Source of the DNA: Camelus ferus
Lineage: Eukaryota
DNA length: 64,000 nt
Assembly (NCBI RefSeq): GCF_009834535.1
Contig: NC_045696.1
Coordinates: 99,698,001 to 99,762,000, forward strand
Direction of reading: 5' to 3'
Both the position numbers and the translations under genes were made by a program. The first letter of the stretch is position 1; each line of letters opens with the position of its first letter. The notes under the pieces are model-generated. The model made no database searches, was not told the DNA's origin, and saw only the letters and a program-made list of their open reading frames with translations. Positions 1 through 12,609 of the stretch are shown one piece after another.

Positions 1-2192
1 AAATCCTCTGAAATGCAATACATATACACTTTAAACTTTGACATAAAATACTCATATTTCTAAGATAAAGGAGTTTTGCTTCTTTAAGCACTCTCTCAAA
101 TCATATATAATCAGGAACATTGGCAACACTGCTGCTATGAGAAGGACAGAAAGAACATCAAGAAATCCAAATGAATTCAAACCCATTAAATGTAATGGTG
201 TGGTAAATCTCAGTGTACCATCTGCTGTAGAACACTGATACACTATTGGAATTCCACATCTTATTTACATAACAGATAAGAATGTGCTAGTAGATTTATA
301 TGGTGAATAAATACCCAGAGACAAAACTAAGTTTTTCCTATATTCACATCTGGGGATATCCACATCTGTATAAAATTTAATCTATTTCTGTTTAGCTATT
401 CTACAGTAAAATTTAAAATGCCACCTTATCCAAATGTTATCAGCGATATTGTCAGTAAAACCTAAATAATCAATAAAAAGAAAAAGAGTTCATAAAAAAT
501 ACTGTGTAAAATGTGAAATTTACCCAAAGAATTCTGTCTCTTCTACACTGAAATGCGTATTTAAGGACTAGGACTGCAAGACTATGCTAGATGCCTAATA
601 TATCTGTGGTTACATTTAACAAATAAATTGGTAGCATTTCTTTCTGAGGCATGTTAAACTCATATTTGCTCACAAGCACTTAAGAAATTAGGGTAGTAAT
701 TAAAACCACATTCAACTTTTAGAACGAATTGATTCCAAACTCTTTGAAATCTCTAATATTTAAGTCAGTTCCTAAACACTAATACAAAATTTGAAAGAAA
801 CGTAAAACCAAATTTTAAAGTGGAATAGCCTCTTGTCCTGGAATTCAAATGAATCCCTCCCTTTTCTTTAGTTAAGGATTTCTGTTAAATATACATGAAT
901 CACAAAGCCTGTAGATGTTTTCATGACGAATATCATACTTATAATTATAAGACCACATTATCTGTCTCTGTATGTGTCTTTTTTAGGAGCTGGAATTAGT
1001 CAGCAAGGAATTTTTTGAGTTATGCAGACTTTCATCTGCATTATCTAAATTTTTTTTTTTTAATTTAATGGCGATAAAGAGGAAATTGACATTTTCCAGG
1101 ATGGTATCTCAAAGCTCATGGGATACCAAATTTCTTCTGGATCCTCTCCTGTGACTTTCCTCACCAGCAATGTTGAATAATTAAGCACTTTTGCTTTTAG
1201 ATTCAGCAACCAGGATTTAATTAAAAACGGTTCCCGTCTCTTCAACTGCTCTTATCAAACCTCCAGAAGTTGAAGAGTGCTGCTGTTGACAATGGCAGTC
1301 CACCAAGTGGAAAATTATGCAAAGAAAATTGAGAAAGTAGGAAAAATGCCAGGCCTGGTGCCTTAGGGAAGGTGGAGAATATGAAAGTAAATACAGTACA
1401 GAGTATTTTGGTTATTGCTGTTGGCACTCTTCTTGATTATGTAATTGACTTTGTAAATTGATATATTACATGTTTATTACTTATTATCAAATCACAGGAA
1501 TAGGAAACAATTTTGTTCTTGAAAGAATGATGGCCCATTACACAAGTCCCATCAAGAATGTATTTACTATGTAATTGACCACGGTGGTAAATTGAGCTAA
1601 TTTCAACACAGGCTTTGTAAAGCAATATTTATCTCTGATTACCAATAGTTAGAGTCAATTTTTTTTTATTATATTCACATATTTCACATCATACTCAGGC
1701 CCATTTCTTTTTCATACAGTTAAAATTTTACTAACGGGGACAATTAATTAGTATGTAAGTAGAGTCTGGATTCACATTGTAACTGCTGTGAAACCATGGT
1801 GTTACACTTATGTGTCATTTGTTAACTTGAAAATTAGTTTAACGTCATCATTTAACAAACTCCTCGAAAAACTTTAATTATTGCTCGCAAATGTGTTTCT
1901 TACTCTTGCAATGATTATTAAGTTCCTACTGTGTGCACATATGTTACAAAAAACATGACACAAAAGTGAAGATAGTCTTTGCCCTCAATACGACCCCTAA
2001 TTCCAATGTATTTCATTGATAAGCAATGGTCAGGGGTTAAGTGATGCACCCCCAACCCCAAAATATGTCCATGCCCCAAAACCTGTGATTGTGACACAAT
2101 TTAGAAAAAGTCTTTGCAGATTAATGTTTTTAATGTGAAATCATCCTGCATTAGGGTAGGCTCTACATCCAATGACAAATCCTTATAAGAGA

Positions 2193-2579
2193 CACACAAA
2201 CGAACTGCTCTTAATTTATAACTTAGATGACTGATTTCTTGAATATGTGTAAGCACGTTTGACTGTACTTTATGATTGGCTTACCACATTCTGTGGATTC
2301 TTATTTTATGGTTGGCTTTATTCCTTTGATAACTATGTTAAGTTTAAAAAGCTAATGCTCTAATCCGTTCTTAGAAATAATGATCAGTACATATATATAA
2401 ACTAAAAAAATGTGCAGTACATTGTATATATGTATTTACTTGCAATGTAATGTATATGTGCAAACTGTAATAATTCTAATAAAACTGAAAAAAGTCAATT
2501 AAGTAACATACTGAATAAAATATATTTTAGAATTAAAAAAATAAAACCTACTTAATCCTTAAAACACAAGAACAAAACA
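2193..2579 (+). pseudogene. Putative retroposed mRNA 3'UTR fragment or orphan transduction
   Basis: Flanked by aaatccttataagaga (2177-2192) and aaatccttgcaagaga (2580-2595). AATAAA at 2478, 2514 and 2540, and an A-rich tail at 2561-2580. No repeat family recognised. Confidence 0.45.
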
Positions 2580-2647
2580 AAATCCTTGCAAGAGAAGACA
2601 GAGTTTTTTAACTGAATCCTTAAGATACTGAATCTTTATAAGACACA

Positions 2648-2944
2648 AACATTATGTTAAGTGAAATTAGCCAGACATAGAAACACAAAGACTATATGAT
2701 TCCACTTATACGTGGAAACTAAAATGTCAAACTCATAGAAATAGAAAACATAATTGTGATTTCTAGGGGAAATGGGGATGGGAAAATGGAGAAGTGATGG
2801 CCAAAGGGTACAAAGTTTCAGTTATACAAAATAAATAAGTTTTAGAAATTTACTATACAGCTCAATGCCTATAGCTAACAATACTGTATTGTATACTTAG
2901 AATTTTCTAAGAAAGTAGGTCTTATGTTAAATGTTCTTAACACA

Positions 2945-2977
<33 letters not shown>

Positions 2978-3150
2978 AACAATAATGGTGATGGAAGGAA
3001 ACTCTGGGAAGTAATGGATATCTCTGTGGCCTTGACAGTAGTAGTGATTTCACAGGTGTATACTTGTCCCCATTTGCATTCAGTTGTGCTCGTTAAATGT
3101 GTACAGCTTGTTACATGTCAATCATGTCTCAATGAAGTGATTTAAAAAAA
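2648..3150 (+). mobile_element. L1MB-like LINE-1 3' end
   Basis: 'aacattatgttaagtgaaattagccag...tatgattccacttata...aaagggtacaaagtttcagtt...aatactgtattgtatactt...tgtcaatcatgtctcaatgaagtgatttaaaaaaa' matches an old mammalian L1 3'UTR. Confidence 0.8.
2945..2977 (+). repeat. (CAT)11 microsatellite
   Basis: Perfect trinucleotide run read directly, lying inside the L1 3'UTR. Confidence 0.97.
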
Positions 3151-3449
3151 AGAGGAAAAGAAAAGACACAGAGACACAGGGGAAAGGCCATGTGAGATGG
3201 TGACAAAGATTAGAGTTAGTCATGCAGTCCCAAGCCATGGAACTCCTGGGGTCACCCGCAGCTGGAAGAGGCAAGAGAGGGTTCTACCCGAGAGTGTTCA
3301 CAGGGAACATGGCCCTGACAACACCTTGATTTTCAGACTTCAGGCCTCCAGAACTGTGAGAGAAATTTCTATTGTTTTAAGCCTCAAAGTCTGTGGTAAT
3401 TTATCATGGGAACACAACACATTTAACAAAAAAGCATGTGCCACTGTGC

Positions 3450-3645
3450 TATAGAAAGATATGGGCTTTGGAATTAGAAAGAATAGTTTTAATCAGCTAT
3501 CACTTATGATCTTAGACAAGTTATGTAACTCTCCCATTCCTGCATTTCCTAATGGAAATGGTAATGTTCAAGTGTCGTGAGGATTAAATGAAATTAGGCT
3601 GTGGACTGCCTAGCAGAGTAGTGCCAATACATTCTCAGTATGTCT
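3450..3645 (+). mobile_element. MIR SINE fragment
   Basis: 'gggctttggaattaga...tgatcttagacaagttatgtaactctc...gtcgtgaggattaaatgaaatta' resembles the MIR core. Confidence 0.7.
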
Positions 3646-4081
3646 TCCTCCTTCAGGCTCCACTCTCTTCCTTTTTCCTTTTTTTTTTTCCTTTTTTTCT
3701 CTCTTCTTCCACCCAACTAAAATACCAATCTGTTAGCATTTGATACTTCATTTGTTATTAGTTTGTGAGAAAATGATAATAAAAAAGAAAAGATAATTTA
3801 ACATTAAAAGAAAATAAACATTTAAAACTTATATTCTTTTTATAATTCAACAATGTAGTGCTGTGTATGAGTAGGTAGGACTGATAGATTAATTTTTTTT
3901 TTACTCTCCTCTGAAGGAATAATATACTCTTTCAAAATGATTTTATATACTATTTTAACTTATCCTTATAACAGCCAAATAAAGAATGCAACATAAAATA
4001 CACTTCCCTCATACAAGTAAATGTAGTCTCAGAGAGGTGAAAATAAAAATCAATTGTAAAGAGAAATACAGTTTTAGAGTC

Positions 4082-4682
4082 TGTGATTTGCAGAATAATG
4101 GACTCCAAGATGGCCACATCTTAATCCTCAAAGCCTGTGAATACATCACCTTACATAGTAAAAGAGACTTTGCGATGACGGGGACATTGTGCTGTACACC
4201 AGAAATTGACAAACTGTAACTGACTGTACTTCAACAATAATAAAAACATAGTTTAAAAAAAAAAGAGACTTGTGACATGATTAAGTTGAGGCTCTTGAGA
4301 TAAGATTTTCTGGGGATATCTGTGCAGGCCCAACGCAAGCACAAGGGTCCTTATAAAAGGGAGGCAGGAGATGAGTTAGTAAAGGCAACATGATATGGAA
4401 GCAGAGATGAGAAAGAGTGAGGGTGAAAGACTGGAAGATACTATGGTACTGGCTGTGAAGATGGACAAAGCAAGGGGCCATGAGCAGAAAGGCAGGTGGC
4501 CCCTAGATGCTAGAAAAGACAAGAAAATGAATTCTCTCCTAAACGTCCCAAAAGGAATGCAGCCTTGCCAACACGTTAGTTTTAAGACTTCTGACCTCTA
4601 AGACTATAAGATAATAAGTTTGTATTGTTTATGCCATTAAATTTGTGATGACTTGCTAAAGCAGCAGTAAGAAACTAACACA
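4082..4682 (+). mobile_element. MLT1D-like MaLR solo LTR
   Basis: Runs TG...CA. Contains 'cagaataatggactccaagatggccacatcttaatc', 'cacaagggtccttataaaagggaggcagga' and 'gacttctgacctct...agcagcagtaagaaactaacaca'. Confidence 0.85.
4176..4260 (+). mobile_element. Extremely 5'-truncated lineage-specific L1 3' terminus nested in the MLT1D
   Basis: 'gggacattgtgctgtacaccagaaattgac...actgactgtacttcaa' plus an A tail matches the L1 ends at ~8425, ~36610 and ~58020. TSD aaaagagactt at 4160-4170 and 4261-4271. Confidence 0.85.
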
Positions 4683-5459
4683 GTCCATGACTGCTTTTCC
4701 ATAGTTATGTTTCTACACCTCTCAAAAACTGCCTCCTTATGTGCTTGAAGTTGTACATTTCATCAAGTGGATAAGAGCTATATTTTCATTCAACTTTTTT
4801 TTCTGTCCTGAATCTCAGTTTATGAAAACAAAGTAAGGATAAAATATATGGAGATTCAAGTAGTAATTTCTGCAATTACATTTGGAAAGAATCATATTTA
4901 TCTGGTGCTTTATGACTGAAATGTATTGACTTTCATCATGCTTTTGCTTAATTTAACGCTTTTTTAAATATATTTTTTGGAATCTTAGCCCTAGGGCAAG
5001 GATTTGGGGGTCATACATACTTGAGAAATTCTACACATCCCTTTTTGCCCTGGGAGGTTCACAGGGAATTTCCCTGTAACCTGTCATAGGTATGAAAGAT
5101 TCTGTGTATGTTGTTACCATTTTGTCACTTCCTCTTTACCCCTGAGAGCCATCTACCCTGACCTTCATTCCGCTTACTCTACTGTAACTGTCCTTGTTGA
5201 AGTCTTTAAAGAAGATCACGATGCCAAGTCCAAGGAACATTTTTATCCCCTGATATTTCTCAGATGCTCAGGAGTAATAGACTTAATTGATAACCCCCTT
5301 CATCTATTCCATAATTTATACCATATTTACATATATTTATCTAAAGAACGGAGTTGACTTAAGATACTCCTCTATTTACGGCACATGATTACCATCAACC
5401 TACGCAATGCTCTTCTCTGGCTTTATTTCCATTTATTTTCATCTTCATCTCTGAGCCCA

Positions 5460-5970
5460 CCCCTACTCTTATTGCCACAACAAATACTCCCTCTGTCTGG
5501 TATATGCTCTTGAATGTATATGTAATTTTGAGAAATATATATATTGTCTTTGTGTATGCTCTTTAAATATATGTATATAAATTGCTTTGTGCTATAGATC
5601 CATTCTATAGCATTCATTCTGGTTTTTTTCTTTCAACATTTGGTTTTAACATCTATTTATGTTGTTACATATATTTTTAATTCATTGTTTCCAAATGTGC
5701 ACAATTTTTTTCTAAAGAACTCATCTACCAGTTTTGACTTACTCATTTCCCTTGTAATGGGCACCTAAGTTACCTTCAAATCCTTACTACCACAAACATA
5801 AATATTTTCACATTCCTCCCCCTAAGACCTGCCCACAGGAATCTCTGGAAGGATATATGCAAGAGTAGAAACTGAGACTAAAGGTAAATGCAGATATTTT
5901 CACTGAGAATGTAGTGAATCTATAAATAAGTTTATGAAGAATAAAAATCTTAAAAATACTGAGTTTTCCA
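5460..5970 (-). mobile_element. Ancient L1 (L1MC/L1ME-like) fragments; host of the young L1, continuing at ~7421-7620
   Basis: Antisense L1 ORF2 motif 'gaatctataaataagttt...aaaatactgagttttcca' resumes as 'gtccgtgaacatagcgtttctctc' after the insertion. Confidence 0.6.
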
Positions 5971-7420
5971 AGGGAACAGAATAGAGAGCCCAGAAATGAA
6001 CCCACAAACTTTTGGTCAACTAATCTTCGACAAAGGAGGTAAGAATATACAATGGAATAAAGACAGTCTCTTCAGCAAATGGTATTGGGAAAACTGGACA
6101 GCAGCATGTAAAGCAATGAAGCTAGAACACTCCCTTACAGTACCATACACAAAAATCAACTCAAAATGGATCAAAGACTTAAACATAAGACAAGATACAA
6201 TAAACCTCCTAGAAGAAAATATAGGCAAAACATTATCTGACATACATCTCAAAAATGCTCTCCTAGAACAGTCTACTCAAGCAATAGAAATAAAAGCAAG
6301 AATCAACAAATGGGACCTAATGAAACTTATAAGATTCTGCACAGCAAAGGAAATTGTAAATAAAACAAAATGACAACCTACGGAATGGGAGACAATTTTT
6401 GCAAATGAAACTGACAAAGGCTTGATCTCCGGAATATATAAGCAGCTCATATGACTTAATAAGAAACAACCAAACAACCCAATCCAAAAATGGGCAAAAG
6501 ACCTAAACAAGCAATTCTCCAAGGAAGACATACAAATGATCAATAGGCACATGAAAAATGCTCAATATCACTAATTATCAGACAAATGCAAATCAAAACT
6601 ACAATGAGGTATCACCTCACACCAATCAGAATGGCCATCATTCAAAAATCCACAAATGACAAATGCTGGAGAGGCTGTGGAGAAAGGGGAACCCTCCTAC
6701 ACTGCTGGTGGGAATGCAGTTTGGTGCAGCCACTGTGGAAAACAGTATGGAGATTCCTCAAAAGACTAGGAATAGACTTACCATATGACCCAGGAATCCC
6801 GCTCCTGGGCATATATCCAGAAGGAACCCTACTTCAGGATGACACCTGCACCCCAATGTTCATAGCAGCACTATTTACAATAGCCAAGACATGGAGACAG
6901 TCTAAATGTCCATCAACAGATGACTGGATAAAGAAGTAGTGGTATATTTATACAATGGAATACTACTCAGACATAAAAACCAACAACATAACACCATTTG
7001 CAGCAACATGGATGCTCCTGGAGAATGTCATTCTAAGTGAAGTAAGCCAGAAAGAGAAAGAGAAAGACCATATGAGATCGCTCATATGTGGAATCTAAAA
7101 AAACAAAAAACAAAAACAAACAAACAAAGCATAAATACAAAACAGAAACAGACTCATAGACATAGAATACAAACTTGTGGTTGCCAAGGGAGTGAAGAGT
7201 GGGAAGAGACAGATGGGATTTCAAAATTGTAGAACAGATAAACAAGATTATACTCTATAGCACAGGGAAATATACACAAGATCTTATGGTAGCGCACAGA
7301 GAAAAAAATGTGACAATGAATATATATATGTTCATGTGTAACTGAAAAATTGTGCTCTACACTGGAATTTGACACAATGTTGTAAAATGATTATAAATCA
7401 ATAAAAAACGCTAAAAAAAA
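5971..7420 (+). mobile_element. Young 5'-truncated L1 (camelid type): ORF2 C-terminus plus 3'UTR
   Basis: ORFs 5996-6373 ([23 protein letters not shown]) and 6586-6939 ([19 protein letters not shown]) are L1 ORF2p C-terminal sequence broken by stops and frameshifts. A tail present. TSD tgagttttcca at 5960-5970 and 7423-7433. Confidence 0.95.
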
Positions 7421-7929
7421 TTTGAGTTTTCCAGTCCGTGAACATAGCGTTTCTCTCTTTATTTTATTTTTTACTTGATTTTGTAGATCTACTTGTAGAT
7501 TTTTGTAAGAATCTTATAAGTTTTTGTTAGATTACACTTAAGTATTGACTAATTCATATGCTAATGACAGTTCTATATTTTTTAATTTCATTAAAAATTA
7601 TTTTTGCTGTTTTAGAGAAATGAAATCAGAGATGGTCCCCACAGTGTCCACTTTGCTTGATGTCTCTTGGGAGAAGAACTGGCCTTTATTTCTCTCTTGT
7701 GTCCACAGGAAGGGACACATTGCATGTGCTAAACAAAATTCTGTTGAATAAGTGAAGATTTTGTAGGAGGATATATATTTATGTAGTCAGGGAGTTCACT
7801 CCTGGGTTTTGTTGGTGCTTCTCCTTGTGTTTTTAATCAGTAAGTCCTTTGCAACAGCTTATTCTCATTCTAAAATGGATATGACTAGGCCCAAATGCAT
7901 AGTGTTTGATTATTTCATCACAAATCGTA

Positions 7930-8497
7930 AGCTCAAGACATAGAAACAACCTAAATGTCCATTGACAGATGACTGGATAAAGAAGCTGTGGTATATTTAT
8001 ACAAGGGAATACTACTCAGCCATAAAAATAAAATAATGCCATTCACATCAACATAGATGAACCTAGGGATTGTCATTCTAAGTGAAGTAAGCTAGACAGA
8101 GAAAGAAAAATACCATTTGATATCACTCATGTAGAATCTAAAAAAAAAAAAAAGACAAACAAACTTATTTACAAAACAGAAACAGACTTACAGACATAGA
8201 AAACAAACTTATGGTTACCAGAGGGGGAAGGGAGAAGGGAGAAGGAGGTGAGAAGGGATAAATTGGGAGTTCAAGAATTGCAGATACTAACTAATATATA
8301 TAAAATAGATAAACAACAAATTCATACTGTATAGCACAGGGAACTATATTCAATATCTTACAGTAACATAGTGAAAAAGAATATGAAAATGAATTTTGCA
8401 TGTTCATGTATGACTGAAACATTATGCTGTACACCAGAAATTGACACAACATTGTAAACTGGCTACACTTCAATAAAAAAATATATACAGAAAAAAA
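7930..8497 (+). mobile_element. L1 3' end (lineage-specific subfamily)
   Basis: 'aaacaacctaaatgtccattgacagatgactggataaagaag...tgctgtacaccagaaattgacacaacattgtaaactg...caataaaaaa'. Confidence 0.92.
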
Positions 8498-11289
8498 GTA
8501 GTAAGTCTCCACTCTCAATACCAAAGACAAGCATTATTTCCAATACTACACACACAAAAGAACGCAATGAACAGGAGCTACATAAAAATCACAGCCATGT
8601 CTACTGACTGTCAAATTCTGTCAAACTGACACCTCTGAAAAATTTCAGAGATTGTCCAAAAGCCAAAAGCACAAATCAGGCAACAATTCTTAAAGTTTAA
8701 TTCCCTCAACAAAGCACCTTTTTTCTTTTAATGAAAGAAACAAACTGCTATAGTCTACATTCATGAGAAAGCCCAAGAAAAGAACTCTTGATTCCCTTCA
8801 TCCAGGACCTGATAACCCAGCCAATGTTCCAACTGTTTTTAGTGAACATTTTCACATAATTCAAGAAACAGAAAATGCAAACAAGTTGGTCATGGGCATT
8901 AAAGGGAGATAGTTTCTGTGTGATTATTCAAATCAAATATCTGGCTCTGTTTCTTGGGATGAGGTATCTGCCAACTGTCAAATGTCAAGTGAGATGAGGT
9001 TGGAGGAGAGAAGAGGAAATGCAAACTGGGAAAGAGGGATTCCTTCTGTTTACACCATCATGTTTCAGCACCATCCATGCACTCTTGTCATGAAGCATCA
9101 GTGTCTTTTGTCTAATATTCAGTCCAATCATACCATCTGGACAGTTCAACCCACTTCTGCAGATTAAAACCCAATGTAGTCAGTGTGGTTTTTCTTCCTT
9201 TTTTTCTGTCATTGTTTAATAAAAAGGTGAATGATTGTTCCACTTATTTCTACAATTCTCGATCTCTATATTAAAATAAAGGGCAACTGTCACTTGCTTT
9301 CCTTCCAGAGACCATGGACAAAAGACACCTTTTGGCATTTCACTAAATGAAATACATTTTCTAATGAGAGAAGTGTTAACTTGTTCCTTATTAATGCAAT
9401 CTCATTTAACTTAAAACTTTGGAGCATGTTACCATTCGCTGTTTTATACATAGTATTTTCTCTGAAAATTCCTAACCCCCTCAAATCTGTCAAGGCTTTG
9501 TTTCAGTAACTTATATGCTGAATGTATGGCAAACATTTTTGAAATCAAGCACATTGTTAAATCTTGTCCAAGATTCAGAGATTTTGTAAAATCAAACTAA
9601 AACAAAGTAGTCTAAACTTTAATGTAAACCTTAGGTGTATGAAAAAAATTGTATTCATTATCAAAATTGTGACCCCAAAATAGTAAATTGGTTCTTCTCT
9701 TTACTAAATTAGATAATATGACATTGAGTAAACCAAAATGATTATTTCCATTTTAATGCAAGCTTCATCAGTAAAGGAAGATAGTAAACATTCTCCTCGA
9801 AATATCAGCATAAAATTTTATCTTTACTATACACATAGAAAAGATTTGAAATTCATTATTTTGGATTTAAAAAAGTAGTAAGAAAATGTACTTGCCATTT
9901 GAAATGGTTCGGGAATTTTCAAAGGTACAAAATATATGGAGACCCAAGATAGTACACCACTAACTTCTTATAAATTCCAGTGGCAATTTCTTGAGAGCTC
10001 CGTTACTGGCATGCAATCCTATAAAAATACTTTTAAAAGCATTTTGTTGTGATGTAGACAAATGCACAATAAGGTTTTCAATCAAATTATATTCATTAAT
10101 GACTTCCTAAAGATACAATTTGAAGACAGTCTAAGAGAGCTTGAATAATAAATTATTTAATATGTATAGTATTATATACTATTCTTTTATTATATAATAG
10201 TATTATACATCATTATTATATATTCAATATTTATTGAAGGTGAAAGCTAATTTATGAAAACTTTTTGGTACTTTTTACTTTATTATAAAATAGAATTTAC
10301 TTCGCTATATATTATGTATTAACATAGAGACATTCAGTAATTATTTTTATAGCTTTACATTTTGAAAAGCCTGTGAAGTTTTGCTCATCTCATTTCAGAT
10401 GTAAAATTTCATCTTGTTTAAAAAGATGTTATCGATGCTACTCTCGAATGCATGTGTGAACCCCCTGGTAGGGGCTGAGGTAGAGCAGGAAGGGAGCAGA
10501 AATTCAAGGTCTTGAGGACAGTGCCTAGAACAGGTAGCCCTGGTGCCAAGATGGTCCAGAGAATGGGGTCGAGGAGTTCAGCACAGCAGATGAAGCACGT
10601 AAGTGCTCTTCTGGATTTGGAAGCATTAAGACAAGGGTCTACACCTTATGGAGGTTGACAGTGATCAGCTAAACATAAACATAAGACAAATTCCAAGAGT
10701 AAGAAATATGCCGTCAATAAGGAAACCAAGAACCAAAAGTTGCAGATCAGAAAGCAAAGTGGTGGACACGGTGCAAAGAGGCTCAGACAGGATTCCTCTC
10801 CCTCCTAGGCCTGACAGACATTGGGCATCATTTCTGACGGCTATTTCTGTTCACCACGTAATCCATTCTTGTGTTTTATTGTTTCTAAAATAGCATGCTA
10901 CTTAAGTAATTAGATACTATTTGGAATATTCCCATTTTTCATATACGTATCTTTTATTGATCCACAAAGGATGCTGGGAGAAAGATTATATCCACTCAGC
11001 CAGCCATGTGTATTCAATGCCTCATAGAAAAACAGTAATATATCACAGCTAATTTACTCTAAAAATAAAACCTTAAGTTTTATCCTTTTATTTTCCCATC
11101 CATGTTTCTCTGAAATTTTCTCAACAGTACATATTACAGTTATATGCTCAAATTCAAATCTATACATTTTATATTAGGTAGATATTACATACAATAAAAT
11201 GTTTTGAAAACCATTCATTTAATTTTCCTCCAGGTTCAGAAGTGATGAATTTCTTGCCTAATGCTCTGGGCACATCTCTCAAACCCACT

Positions 11290-11466
11290 CACTCATCCAG
11301 AGTTAATATGGGTTCACTGAAATTCTCAGGTGTGTCAAGTTCTTTCTTGGCTCAAGGCCATTCCCCTCACTTTTTTCCCATACCTGGAACTCTTTTTCCT
11401 TCACTCTTCTCATAACTGGCACTTTCCTACTCTGCAGGTCTTGGCATAAAATTTACTTCCCCTCAG
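11290..11466 (+). mobile_element. L2 fragment
   Basis: Degenerate L2 3' motifs 'ctcaaggccatt...cctggaactcttttcct...caggtcttggcataaaatttacttcc'. Confidence 0.5.
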
Positions 11467-11467
11467 C

Positions 11468-11853
11468 TGTGGACGTCAGCAGTCTAAAATGGGTTTCTCT
11501 GGGCTAAAATCCAGGAGCCAGCAAGCCCCCACTTCCTCTGGAGACTCCAGCAAGGAGTCCATTCTCTTGCTTTTTCCAGTTTCTAGCAGCTGCATTCTTT
11601 GATTCCTGTCCCCTTCTTCCACCTTCGAAACTAGCAAGTTTAGCATATTCCAACCTCTTACTTTGACCTCCCGCCTTCCTCTTACAAAGACCCCTGTGAT
11701 TACATTGGGCCCATCCAGATAATCCCATCTCATGATCGTTAATTTAGTCACAGCCACAAAATCCTTTTTCCATATAAGGCAAAAAAACCTTTTTTTACAG
11801 GTTCTAGAGATTAGGAAGTGGGCAACTTTGGGAGCCACTGTCCTGCCAACCAC
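11468..11853 (-). mobile_element. MLT1D-like MaLR LTR
   Basis: 'ttgctttttccagtttctag', 'ccctgtgattacattgggcccatccagataatcc' and 'ttctagagattaggaagtgggcaactttgggagcc...ctgccaaccaca' match the MLT1D reverse complement. Confidence 0.85.
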
Positions 11854-11909
11854 ATACTTGACGGCTGACCTGATTTTCTGACTTCTCTAATCACCTGTAA
11901 AACCACCCA

Positions 11910-12600
11910 ATACGTTTTTTATTTCAGATACTGAATTTTCTCTGCTAATAGTCTGTTTATCTTTTCCTTTAAATTCTTGAACATATTTTTAAGAGCTACT
12001 TTAAGTCCTAGTCTGCTAATTCCAATGTCTGGATCATCTTGGGGTCTTTTACAGTCAACTGCTTATTCTTCTTATCTGTGAGTCATATTCTATTGTAAAT
12101 TTGAGTAGCATGTTTAAAGACTCTGGATTCTTTTCATCTTCCTCTGAACAGAGTTGGTATGTGTTCTATTAGAGAGTAAAATTAGACTTAGACTGAGTCA
12201 CACTCATCTTGCGGAACCTCACTTTGCTAAGATGAGACTGTATGGGTTTTGTCCTTATTATTTATTCCTTGCATATAGATTTGCTTCCTTAAAATTTCAG
12301 TAGAAAGCCTGAGGTTTTTGTCTGATCTCTAACTTGGTGAGACTGAAATTCTAGCTTTTTTTTTTTCCCCCAGCAGTGGAAAGCAGTTGAAATCTCTGCC
12401 CAGCTTTTTCCAACTTCCAGCTGTCCCTTTCTGCTTGGCTTCTCTGAGTATTCCCTGATCTTGCTCAGTTCGGAGAACAATTAAGAATCTAAAGGAGTTT
12501 ATATGTAGATAGGGCATCCTTCCTGCTTTGGCTCTCTCCCTTCGATTCCTGTTCAATTCGCCAGCTATTCGTGCAGTCCCAGCCTCCATCTTTTGATAGC
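11910..12600 (-). mobile_element. Ancient L1 5'/ORF1-region fragment
   Basis: 'tttaaattcttgaacatatt...ctttaagtcctagtctgctaattccaatgtctggatcatctt' resembles antisense old L1M 5' sequence. Confidence 0.55.
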
Positions 12601-12609
12601 TCGTAGTAT

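Larger units (their letters stand above)
2045..3420 (+). mobile_element. MLT1C-like MaLR solo LTR, split by two insertions (5' part ~2045-2192, 3' part ~3150-3420)
   Basis: 5' part contains 'gtctttgcaga...tagggtaggctctacatccaatgac...ccttataagaga'. 3' part contains 'gctggaagaggcaag...ggccctgacaacaccttgattttcagacttcaggcctccagaactgtgagagaaatttctattgttttaagcc', typical of MLT1B/C. Confidence 0.8.

Noticed and set aside
52..243. 63-aa hydrophobic minus-strand ORF
   Set aside because: Non-ATG start, no recognisable family and no flanking splice pair. Hydrophobic frames are expected from T-rich DNA.
2924..3145. Poly-histidine ORF
   Set aside because: It is the translation of a (CAT)11 microsatellite inside an L1 3'UTR.
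11476..11853. 125-aa minus-strand ORF
   Set aside because: Lies entirely within an MLT1D LTR, so it is a chance frame.
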